Source: Zootoca vivipara
Lineage: Eukaryota
Reading direction: 5' to 3'
Assembly (NCBI RefSeq): GCF_963506605.1
Contig: NC_083280.1
Location: 36,704,001-36,768,000 of the forward strand
Length of the DNA: 64,000 nt
The first letter of the stretch is position 1; every line of letters begins with the position of its first letter. This document shows positions 1-11,090 of the stretch, in pieces. The notes under the pieces were generated by a model. The model did not search any database and was not told the DNA's origin. It saw nothing but the letters and a program-made list of their open reading frames with translations. Both the position numbers and the translations under genes were made by a program.

Positions 1-1677
1 CCAAATGTAAATAGGAGTATTCATCATTATCTAGAGAGGAAAGTATGCTGCAAATAAAACATGCAGGAAAAGAAACCTATGGCCCTGGATAGTACCTTTT
101 AAGTATTTAATGTTTTGCCACAGGATGCAATGCAGAATAATTATCTTCTGGTTAATTACTGAGTATCATACACATAACAAGATTGAAACAAACATAGAAA
201 GCAAACACATTGCCCTCTTCTGGGCATTAGGAGACATTGCTTATATGCAAAGTGAATCCTGTGTTTATAATTTTTTCAAAATTGATAAAGCATCTCAAAA
301 TTATTTTGGTTTCTAGTAAAAATATTCCAATGCCTTTCACAAGGACTTTTGTTTATGTAGACTGGGTGAAGCTTTGTGGAGCTGGTCAATCTGGAACATT
401 CATAGCGGCAAGCTGAGAGGTCTCTTCAGCAGGAGGAAAGATTTCATAAACGAAATAAACTCTCCTGTCCCTATTCTTCCCAATGTCTCAAATAGCTGCA
501 GTTGCAGAGACTGATCCTTTATTTCCAAGAACCTTTTCTTGCTGGTATTCCATTCTAGTCAAATGGGCTCAGACGATCTAGATACTCATAGATATTACTG
601 TTTCTCGAAACCTCCTTGAGGTTTTGTAGAATCAAACGTTATCCTAATTGTATGAAATTATTAGGGCATTGTCCTTTCAAACAGTTTCTGATCTAGCACA
701 TCTTAAGGGTTACCTTGCTGCCCCATAATAGGGAAGTGTCAAAGAGAAATTACTAACAGCAGTGCAGTCTAAGGAACTGTTGCCCTAAAAACAGTAGCAC
801 AGAATATTTGGTCACACTGGGGATGACAGAGGCTATAGCCCAACACCATCTGGAAACCCACAAACAGAACACAAGTGAAAAAGTAATCTTCTCATCTGTG
901 ATTCCCTGCAATTGGTATTGCATACTGCCTCTAACAATGAAGTTAGAACACAGCCAAATCCACTGATAAGAAAGCTCCCTATTACTTACACAAGCAGTGA
1001 TGATGGGTGCTATCATTCAACCCACTTTGGGACCATTTGTAGTATTGTGCTACATTCTGGGAACCTCTTGAAATTGTGGGATGGGCACCCAGAGTGTAAT
1101 GGGACAGGAAACATTTCTTTTCACCCTATGCCTGAACCTACATCATTCAGGGGGATCCCCCAGTCTTTTTGCAGGAATACAGATGGGGGCAACAAATTGT
1201 CCTTCGTGAGCTTACTGAAGTTAACGTATTTTAGGATCCAAGTCAATTGATTCAACCAAATTAAAAGTATGGTGAAAATTAACAATTATGCATTCTAATC
1301 CATAGATATACAGAGGAAAGTCTGAACACATGGCAACAGTGTCTGCTGCAGTCTCACAAAGGGCATGGACATGTCAATAATCTGAGGCAGCACAGAAGAA
1401 TACACAGAAAAAAATGATTTGAAGGCCATCATCCTACCCTTACACATTAACTGTTTTGCCAGCAGTCTGAAAATAAGTGCAGGCTGAGATCTAGCAATGA
1501 AACAGACACTCCAGGCAGAGCTACATGCACTTGGTGAAAGCATGTCATCTCTGTGTTAGCTCCTTCAGGGGGATTGAACATTTATATAGGAAAATCAGGG
1601 AGGAGTCTTTGAAGAAGTCAGGGTTCTCTATGGGTTGAGAATCCCATGTTTCTCATATAATGTGCAGTATTGTGATC

Positions 1678-1897
1678 ATAGAATCATAGAGTTGGAAGAG
1701 ACCACAAGGGCCATCCAGTCCAACCCCCTGTCGAGCAGGAAACACCATCAAAGCATTCTTGACAGATGGCTGTCAAGCCTCTGCTTAAAGACCTCCAAAG
1801 AAGGAGACTCCACCACACTCCTTGGTAGCAAATTCCACTGCCGAACAGCTCTTACTGTCAGGAAGTTCTTTCTAATGTTTAGGTGGAATCTTCTTTC
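1678..1897 (-). mobile_element. CR1 LINE 3' fragment
   Basis: (ATTCTATG)n tail in reverse; near-identical to copies at 26.4 and 57.0 kb; flanking TTGTGATC repeat. Confidence 0.9.
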
Positions 1898-2069
1898 TTG
1901 TGATCTTGCAGCCCAGGGAAACAAAGGCCACTAGGATTCCAACTCTAGACTTTTCACACATTTTCCTGCTAGTCAACATCAGTATGATCTCTTAGATCAA
2001 TCACTATGACTAACACTTAAACATACAAAGTTGAGGCGTGTGGGTATCTGTAATTAGATTAACACTTAC

Positions 2070-2170
2070 TAGTAATTGGTGTTGCATTGTTTGGTGTGTC
2101 AGCTCTCAGGTACTGTGTTGTTTGCGTTGAGGGCTGAGATAAGCCTTGAGAACTACTGCTGTCACTAATG
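2070..2170 (-). CDS. RYK: RYK coding exon 7 (Ser/Thr-rich juxtamembrane); gene continues beyond left window edge
   Basis: aaacag|C...ACT A|gtaagt; 101 nt; (S)ISDSSSSQGLSQPSTQTTQYLRADTPNNATPIT. Next exon not found in 1-2069. Confidence 0.96.
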
Positions 2171-3475
2171 CTGTTTTGGAAAAGAAAACACAATCATTTT
2201 CTAATTTTCAACCATTTACTGGTAACTTTTACTGAAGCTAAGATACTACTTCAGCTGTGCAGCTAAAAAAAGATTAACAAAACCAGACCTCTCCAAAACT
2301 CAACTTGAATATAGCAAAAATGTCAAAAGCTTTTAATACAGTACTTTAAATGAATATCAGAACATGAAAAAGCAATCAAATAGCATTTTGATTAATAACG
2401 TTTTCAATCAAATCAACTGCAATTTAAGCAATTCCACCTTTAACTATTGCAAATCTTGCCGAAAAGGAAGACAAAAACTGTAGCGTAGTGGGGAAAGTCC
2501 AAACTTTTAAGTTTGTAGATTTGAGTTCTGATGTGTTATAGGTTTCAAATAAATTAGAGGAGATGTAAGGGAAACTATAGTGGGCCAAGCATTTTTCCAG
2601 AGTTTAGCTGGTAATATGTACAACAGAAGTCAGAATGTTCTTGTTTATGTCCCCAACAGATAAAAGGGGTTGGACTGTGCATATATAGCACTTTGGGGGG
2701 GGGGCCTCTATTGAGTATTTGCACCTGTCTTTGTAAATTGACTATGACCACAATGAAGAAATGCATCTGTTTTTAAAAATGAGTAACAGCCACACATTTT
2801 AAAACATATTTTCAAGTATTATTCAGTGATGTTAGAGGATTCCCCCCCCCCTCAATCATCCCTAGTTGCTCCAAGTATCTTCACTTTCAGTGCAACTGTT
2901 AGGGATGTGCAAATTGTAAGCAGGGAAATGAAGTTTAAGAATATTATTTAAATGGAGAGGATCTAGGGGTGGGAGAATCCCAAGAACTATCAGCACACAG
3001 AGACAGTGAAGGCGGGTGGCGGGGGAGTTAGTTTGGGACATCTGGAACCTATTATGATTAATCTTAATCTATTTCACAGAATATGCCAGTGCCTTAGAGC
3101 AGCCCCACTAGATTAGGCTCAACACCCATGTAGCTAGCAGCCTGTTCTCACAGAGGCCAGCCAGATGGCTTAAGTGAAGTCCACAAACAGGAGAACATGA
3201 ATGCAATAGTACTCTCCCACTTGTGTTCCCCTGAAACTGGTATTGAGAGACACACTGCCTTTGAAACGTGAGGTAGTATTAAGCCAACATGGCTAGCAGC
3301 CTGATAACTTAGTAAGTCTTGTATTGCATTATCTGGGAACACTGAAAAACAAGTTATATACTGCGCTGACATTAAGTTCTCAGGTCTAGGAGCTACCTTT
3401 AGTGCATCAAGAAGTCCATATAATGTCTCAAACATGAAAATGGAAAGAAAATGGAAGTCCATGTTTTTTCTTTAC

Positions 3476-3620
3476 CTGTCTTCCAATTCTATTCTCTTCA
3501 TACTGTGAAGATGCAAAACAGCTAGGATTATTGCTACCAGGAATATGACTGCACAGCAAACTCCTACACTGATATAAAACACACGCGTAGAAGTGGTGGG
3601 AGCTGCATTTACAGGATCAA
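3476..3620 (-). CDS. RYK: RYK coding exon 6 (transmembrane helix)
   Basis: tttcag|TT...GAC AG|gtaaag; 145 nt; DPVNAAPTTSTRVFYISVGVCCAVIFLVAIILAVLHLHSMKRIELED. Confidence 0.97.
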
Positions 3621-4513
3621 CTGAAATGGAAGAGCAAAGCATTACTGCAACAAAATGGATAGAACATTTGCCAGTTTCAGCTAAGTTCACATACAAATGA
3701 ATAAGTAACATGTTTATTTTTATTTTCCTATTATACTGTAGTATATAATTTAAGTTTATAATTTAAGGGTCCCTTTACCTTTTTATATAATTTAAGTTTA
3801 TGGTGAAGGAAAAATGTGACTTCCAAGATTAGTTTTAGAAGTCTAAATATAAAATATTGAAAACAGTCACTAAGAGATGCCTAGAAAAACTAGATATCAT
3901 AGCCTTTAGATACAAAACCTCTACATTAAAGTCTTCATTGAAGTACAAAAAGAGAAGACTCTGATGAGTACCAAGGACAGAGAGATGCCCTCCACTACAA
4001 AGAACTCATTAGCTAATAATGCTAATAACTCGACATGAAAAAATTATGAAATTGCTTCCACCAAAAGGCCAATGGAGTTTTTGTAATATAATATCTTCAC
4101 TAGTAAGTTGCCTTCTCTCTATTTACTGTTCACAGGAATTCAATTCATATACCCAAATATGCAGCCCTGTAACATGCAAATTCAAAAATACATTACCTAA
4201 AAAGACTGATAGCAAAACTAATCTCTTACAGATCGGCTTGGTGGAGTACCCAGTTCACAACATGATAATCAATAAAAGAAGCATGAAATACAAAAATGCG
4301 AAAGTACAAGCTGCTGGGGATTTATACTGTCTGCCTCTTAAAAAATCTGACCAATTTCCCTTATCTAACAGCAGAAGGGGAAGAAATGTGTTTGAATTAT
4401 GCAGACTGATAATTTTAAAAGAAAACGACAGATCCCCAACTTCTCCTGTGTGTGGCATATGAATAATGGTTTCAGGAATCTTCCATTTAAAAGTATGAAA
4501 CACATTTACTTAC

Positions 4514-4570
4514 AAATAGCTTTGCTGATATTTTTGTCCAATACTGGTGGTTTTACTTCTAGCTCAGGTT
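4514..4570 (-). CDS. RYK: RYK coding exon 5 (extracellular stalk)
   Basis: ctttag|AA...ATT T|gtaagt; 57 nt, phase-compatible with exons 4 and 6; KPELEVKPPVLDKNISKAI(F), similar to human KLEEVKTSALDKNTSRTIY. Not in the ORF track. Confidence 0.92.
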
Positions 4571-4758
4571 CTAAAGACAAAAGTGGGGGGGGGGGACATT
4601 TGATATCACTTTTCCTCTGACTTTTACTTTTCATACCAAGACAATGAACAGAAGAACACTTTATTCCATCTTCTATCAATGCTAAGTCAAAAATAAATTA
4701 ATCAAGATCTGGCAAACCCGAGAATTCAAAGTACTGATAGTTCACCTACTATAAGGAG

Positions 4759-4848
4759 CATAGCTGCCAAGTTTTCCCTTTTCTCGCGAGGAAGCCTATT
4801 CAGCATAAGGGAAAATCCCTTTAAAAAAGGGATAACTTGGCAGCTATG
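4759..4848. mobile_element. 90-bp hAT-type MITE
   Basis: TIR CATAGCTGCCAAGTT/AACTTGGCAGCTATG; perfect 8-bp TSD ATAAGGAG. Confidence 0.9.
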
Positions 4849-5400
4849 ATAAGGAGGAAGAAACATACCACACAGTAACACCAACTACAAGATTTCAGTA
4901 ACATGGAGACTGGTCCTTGAAATTAAAAATGAATACAATGCTAACTGCCAAGGGTTGACCCTTGTTTAAACATGTGCCAATGAAAGAACATAAGCTGAAT
5001 TTTCAGATGTAAAACCCCAAGAAAGGGAATGGGGGTAGATTTAGCACATGGATACATTTGTATTGCATTCTTTGTGTTTCATGGGAACACAATATTTAAC
5101 TTTCAAGCTTTCCTGTAATCATTGCAACTATTCATGCCCATGAGTAGATGCTATCGAGAAGAAATTTATTTACTGTATTTCAGATCCACCCTGCAACCCA
5201 AACTTTCTCAGGACATGTAAATGTTAACCCTTCTCTAGGTCTCCACCTTTCTAGAGGTCTAAAGCATATTGGTTATAGGTAGCTTCTGTTTCCAGTCATG
5301 CGTCTTGGTTTAAATATTGATTTCCTGCATTCCCAATGTTAGTAATGATCCTTTCTGGTTAACAATATCCCTTTTATTGAGATACTGCTGCAAAGTTTTA

Positions 5401-5750
5401 GTTGTTGTTGTTGTTTAGTCGTTTAGTAGTCATGCCCGACTCTTCATGACCCCATGGACTAGAGCACGCCAGGCACTCCCGTCTTCCACTGCCTCCCGCA
5501 GTTTGGTCAAACTCATGTTGGTTGCTTTGAGAACACTGTCCAACCATCTCGTCCTCTGTCGTCCACCATCTCGTCCTCTGTCGTCCCCTTCTCCTTGTGC
5601 CCTTGTCTTTCCCAACATCAGGGTCTTTTCCAGGGAGTCTTCTCTTCTTATGAGGTGGCCAAAGTATTGGAGCCTCAGCTTCAGGATCTGTCCTTCCAGT
5701 GAGCCCCCAGGGGTGATTTCCTTAAGAATGGATAGGCTTGATCTTCTTGC
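5401..5750 (-). mobile_element. RTE-BovB LINE 3' fragment
   Basis: SLEGQILKLRLQYFGHLIRREDSLEKTLMLGK; (CAA)n tail; flanking AGTTTTAGT repeat. Confidence 0.92.
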
Positions 5751-6417
5751 AGTTTTAGTACTGGTAAGCAAAGTCCTAAAATCACCTGCTCCCCTTAAAG
5801 GCCAGACCCTGTACCAAGATTGTCTGGGCTTGGTAAATTTACTGAGGTTTGGCTGGAAGTGCAGCAAGGAGAGCCTTCTTGGTAGTGGCATCTCAGCTTT
5901 GGAATTACCTTCCCTCTGAAATACAACTGGCACACACATTGTTGGAAGCTTGACCCGCGGCCTTGGTTATTTGCCCAGACCTCTGCGGAAATGTATTGTC
6001 AGAATGCATCGGTTTGGAATTGCCTTGCTTTATGCCATTTCATGTTTGTTTTTATGCTGTTTTATGAATATGGAATTGCTTTTTGCAATGAAGAACAGGA
6101 TAAAAAAGGTTTAAATAAATAATGTTGCCAACATCTTTACAAACATACAATAAGCCAACAAGTTTAAACATCGTATCACAATATACAAAAACGTTCCTTT
6201 AAAATTCAACAAAAATAGTATACAAGTTGCAGTTGAAGAAGAAAATATTGGAACTTCATAATATATTAAATCAGTTACGTTAGTATTGAGCATTTATCAA
6301 TGTTTTCAAAAATCAATAAACAGTAGCCAAGCCTTTTCAAAAGTTTGCGCTTTTCTTTCAACTCTTTAATAGGCCAATATTACTAAGTTTGCAGCAAAAC
6401 TCCCGTGTTTTATAGAG

Positions 6418-7165
6418 CAGCGTTTCTCAACCGGTGTTCCGCGGCACAGTAGTGTGCCGCGAGACACCGGCTTGTGTGCCGCGACGTGCGGCGAGGAAAA
6501 GGGCACTTTGCATTGCTGACGGACTTCCGGTGAGGCAAGATGGCGCGCGGCACGGCAGCGCGAAGCTCCTGAGAGCGACCAGCGTGCCCGTGCTGCCAGC
6601 CTAGCCTCCGGACCGCCGGTACGCGGGCGCCAAGTGAGCCCGGCGGATCGACCGGGGAGCCGCTGGAGGCTCCCCCCGCGACCCCACCGGAGCAACACCG
6701 AAAGCGCCCGGCTGGAGGATCAACGGACCCCTGGGCTCCGCGGCAGCCGCGTGGGTGTCGGAATCGCCCGGCGGATCAAGCGGGGAGCCGCTAAAGCCCC
6801 CCAGCGAGCCCGCCTGCGGCCGGGAAGAGCTCCGAAGCCCGGGACCTCCCACCACGTGACGGCCCTGCCTCGTCACCGCAGCCGTCGCCACCCCAGCCGC
6901 CCCAGGAGAAGAGGAAAAGGAGGGAGGCCCCCCCCAGGTGAGGGAAAAAGGGAAAGATAGGGAGGAGAGGGCCCCTCGCCACCCCCCAACCCAGGTGAGA
7001 GCGCCTGGTGGGTCCGCCTGGCTACCGCGCAGCAGTTCTTCAGTGGCATGCTTTACGTCTCCCCTCCAAACTAAACTAAATATAGGGCGGCACAGAGTTG
7101 GTGTGCCGCGGGATTTTTTTTATAGAACAAGTGTGCCGTGGCCCAAAAAAGGTTGAGAAACACTG
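6418..7165. mobile_element. Non-autonomous hAT (Charlie-like) element with captured CpG-rich cassette, RYK intron 4
   Basis: TIRs CAGCGTTTCTCAACC / GGTTGAGAAACACTG; perfect 8-bp TSD TTATAGAG (6410-6417, 7166-7173); subterminal GTGTGCCGCG repeats at both ends. Confidence 0.92.
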
Positions 7166-7603
7166 TTATAGAGTATGCCATTTAGAGACAATTACAGTCT
7201 TCACTGCAGTTATTGGGTATTATATTTTCTTTCATCTGCACTTTCCTTCAGCTTTGTAGAAATTCTTTTGTCCACATTTATTGGAAGCTATTTTTGACAC
7301 ATCCTCTGCTCCAGTACACCACTGACCCCAACAGCCCTCATCTCACACTGCTCAAACAGGTCTGTCCAATACTCTCAAAACCAATCCAAACAGATCTGAA
7401 AAGTCTGCTTCCAACTAGGCAAATTACAGCTCCCAACACTGGTGGCAGCTCCTACACACTTGCTTTCTCTGGGGTTGGGTGGGAAGAGAAAGAGGAGGAA
7501 AAGGGTGGTGATGGAGGGACTCTAGCTATGTGCAATGCAAGTGAAAAAAAATTACAAAGCTGTATTATCTCTTTAATATGAACAATGAATAAAAATGTCT
7601 TAC

Positions 7604-7738
7604 TTTTGTAGCACATTTTCCTTCGTTTGAAATTTAAGACTGTGATATTTTTGGAAGCATTAACTGTCATGTTGAGCTGCATTAGTACCGTAACATCAGA
7701 GTCTAATCTGCCTGTACAAGAGAGTTCCACCCGAAACA
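7604..7738 (-). CDS. RYK: RYK coding exon 4 (end of WIF domain, KRRK tetrabasic site)
   Basis: tttacag|TG...AAA A|gtaaga; 135 nt; VFRVELSCTGRLDSDVTVLMQLNMTVNASKNITVLNFKRRKMCYK. Confidence 0.97.
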
Positions 7739-8743
7739 CTGTAAATAGAAAAGCCACATAGATACATGTTTTTAAAAGATAAAATGAAAAACCACACATT
7801 TTAAATCAGCAGTGCAAAACTGCCTTAACTCCTGAGCATTTTTAATTCCTTTGTTACAGCTTGTTTTTTTTAAAAAAAAATTTTTAAAAGGCATTTATAC
7901 CTTTAGCCAAAAATGCTAAACTATTTTTAAAAAACTGGCATGATTTCTTGATTCCTCTTTTCATGTTCCTTATGAACATTAAGAATAACCCTGCAAATGA
8001 GACCAAAGTCCTTTCTAATCTGATATCCTGGTTCCCCCAGCGGCTAACCAGATGCCTGTGAGAGGCCACAAGCAGGACATGAGTGCAACCGCCTTCACTC
8101 ACTCTTGCTTGCCAGTGGCTGGTATTCAGCTGATGCCACTAACACTGATATTGGAGACAGTATATAAGCAGCAGAATTAGAAGAAATTGAGAGTTGTATT
8201 TTCCATGAATTTGGCTTGAATTTAGACAAACCACACTTCTGCTAAACAAACTATGGCTTATATTCAAATCATCCTTTTCTCTAATCCCTTCTTTTCAAAT
8301 TAATTTTATTGTACAAAATAGTGATATACAGACCACCGTCAGTATATGAATATGTAAATGCCACTCCTCCAACACACATGTATAACACATCGACTTTATA
8401 AACATAAAACTAGGAATTACAGAATTGGCACATGGACAACAACTTACCTATCCACATAAAACACTGAATTCTTTTCAAAGATTAAGAAACCAAGATTTGA
8501 AACTTGATAATGGCTTATATAGGGTTTCAAGTAACACACTCAAAGCAGACCCACTAAAAGCTTATTTTTATTTTTATCCAAACAGCTTAATACTTAAAAT
8601 CTCTAAGCAAATCTCAAAAATACAGACTTGAAAACAGATGAGAAATCTTGAAAAAAACAGGGTCCAGTTTTAGAAGTCAGGGAAAGCCTGATGTACGTCT
8701 TTACAACACATCTGATAAAACTGATGGGATGGTGTTTCACATA

Positions 8744-8957
8744 CAGTGGACCCTCGGGTTACGTTACCTTCGGATAATGTAACTTTCAGATTGCAAACGT
8801 GGCAAACCTGGAAGTGTATACTACTAGGTTTTGCTGCGCGCACATGCGCAGAACGCTCTATAGTGCCACACGTAGAATCAGCACCTCTAGATGTGGACTT
8901 TTCGGGTTATGTACGGAACCCCGGAACGAATTATGTTTGTATCTGGAGGCTCCACTT
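8744..8957. mobile_element. Tc1/mariner (Tigger/pogo-type) MITE
   Basis: TA|CAGTGGACCCTC ... GAGGCTCCACTT|TA; related to copies at 15.9 and 63.6 kb. Confidence 0.8.
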
Positions 8958-9199
8958 TATTTCAGAAGGAAGGGCATTCCACGGTGGAGGAAATGTCCAA
9001 TTTGGGGTCACCGCCTTGTGATATTCTGTAGGGTTTTATGCCACAAGTAAAATTTCCCCACACAATCTAAGTGATCTTACAGTTCTATACATGGGCAGGC
9101 AGTTCAGCAAGTAAACCTGGAACTGAGTTGTCCAGGGATTTATATTAATTTTATTACAGACTTTACATTCCTTCTTCCAAGGATCATATGCTAATAGCA

Positions 9200-9435
9200 G
9201 ACCTTGAGCACACCCTAGTAGCTAACTGGCAGCCAGGGTAATTCCCTCAGCATGTGAGTAATATCTGCACATCCAGGTACTTCACTCCACAATTGGGTCA
9301 CAGTGCTCTGCACCAGCTGCAGTGTGCAGATCAATCCCAAAGCAAAAACCACATGAAGCACATTACAGTAGTTCAACCGTGAGGTTACCAACACATGAAT
9401 CATGGCGGTGAAGGTATCCCCATTAGCACATAGCA
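9200..9435 (-). mobile_element. Old L2 LINE ORF2 fragment
   Basis: IHVLVTSRLNYCNVL...LQLVQ...ITHMLRELPWLPV resembles the L2 HALVTSRLDYCN...LHWLPV motif; approximate ends. Confidence 0.75.
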
Positions 9436-9465
9436 TTACAGTTTGTGTAATAAAGGACTACTTAC

Positions 9466-9565
9466 CTGATAAAGTACGAGGGACTTCTCCTTGTTCAGAA
9501 ATATTTGCTTGTGGCATATCCATAGCCAATAGATTATCAACTTGAAATCCCAGTTTATATTCAAT
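9466..9565 (-). CDS. RYK: RYK coding exon 3 (WIF domain)
   Basis: ttacag|ATT...TCA G|gtaagt; 100 nt; IEYKLGFQVDNLLAMDMPQANISEQGEVPRTLS. Confidence 0.97.
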
Positions 9566-10753
9566 CTGTAATGATATGCAGAACAAGCCAAAAAGAAAAT
9601 ATGCTCAATAAAAGGGTATGTATTTGCACTGATTTCTACTTGAGATAAATTAAGAACCAAATTATCAGAAGCGTGCTGCTAAGTGTCCAACAAAAATGAA
9701 CAAGGTAAATTCAGAGGATGAAATCAGACATTCCCTTAATCTACGTGCATCTCAACCAACCAATTATTAAGGGGGGGGGGAGGTAGAATCTGGATCAAAA
9801 CCAGAAAAGGTGATCTGTAAGCAGAAGGGATACTAAACCATACCAAGATGTGGAGATGGACCAATACAAAGTGACAGGCAGGAATCACTTTCTGCCAGAA
9901 AAACACATTTCCATTCACCCACAGATCTACCCAAAGACCTAGTTTTCGACACAGCCAGAACAGTTAATATTTCAGCTTTAATAAGCTGGATGCCAAAATA
10001 TCACTGTTTGAATTATATTTAAATATTCAAACCAAAGCCAGCTATCCTTTTAAATGTCAAAAAACTTTTCTGACTCATGTGTGCACTGATACAATTTAAT
10101 ACATGTTGTATGGTTTCCAATCCTGAACCTGAGGCAAAATTATGGTTTACAGATATCTGAATTGGGCAAACTATGGCTACTGAGAAACAGGGAGGGGGGA
10201 CTCTTGTGTATTTAAAGATGAAGCAGCACACAAGCCTAAAGCTCATTCATGAAAACCAAACTGTGTTTAGGACAAGTGATTTGAATCAAGCCTATGAGAT
10301 GAAGAGAAAAGCTTTCTCACATACTATACTTTTTAAGCGCAATCCTAATGCATGTCTAGTAAGAAATAAATCCCACCGTGTTCAGTGATACTTTCTCCTT
10401 GGTTAGTGTACACTGGGTGCAATGGAGTTTACTTCCAAATGGACAATATTTAAGAATGGGCTGTTGATCATGGACACATGCTGCACATTCTGCCTAAGTT
10501 CATGGACTTCTGCTTCCTTCCCCCAGCTCCATGCGTGGAGTTGAAGATGGGGTGGATGGAATCCATGAAACTGCTCCAGGCAGCAAAGGATCTCAAAACC
10601 CACCCACAACTGCTACAGTGTGTTATACCAGCTGTAGCACCCCTTACACATGTAGCTTCAGTCTTAGGTTACCCACCCTGGTTAAGCCCTCCAATGCCAC
10701 ACAATGAATACTGTTGCCTAATTCATCCACATAAAATAATAGTTGGTGCTTAC

Positions 10754-10875
10754 CTTAGCCTTGGAATGCCAACTGAAATGGAGGCTGTTTGTCTCACTTG
10801 GTACCAGCAGATTAAAGGACAGAGCGTAGTGATTGATAAGGTCATTTCTCACATAATAAAGTTCTGCATCAATAC
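10754..10875 (-). CDS. RYK: RYK coding exon 2 (WIF domain)
   Basis: ttttag|GT...AAG|gtaagc; 122 nt; (G)IDAELYYVRNDLINHYALSFNLLVPSETNSLHFSWHSKAK. Confidence 0.97.
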
Positions 10876-11038
10876 CTAAAACATGTTTAAAACAAGGGGG
10901 GTGGTGGAAATGAAGTTAAAAGCTAAGCTACAGCCACAGACAATTTAGTAAACAAGAAGAAAACTAACATTTAGTGCCAGTTAAGCCAATTTAACCCAAT
11001 TCACCTTCAACATTTAAATAAATGTTTAAAATCAACTA

Positions 11039-11041
<3 letters not shown>

Positions 11042-11089
<48 letters not shown>
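11042..11089. repeat. (TC)n(AC)n compound microsatellite
   Basis: Seen directly. Confidence 0.95.

Positions 11090-11090
<1 letters not shown>

Noticed and set aside
1-2069. RYK exon 8 (YPTLRIEKND...)
   Set aside because: No matching sequence found by eye; presumably left of the window
6366-7156. Several overlapping ORFs in the GC-rich intronic insert
   Set aside because: No transposase or host-protein similarity recognised; the ATG in the YY1 motif gives only MARGTAARSS*
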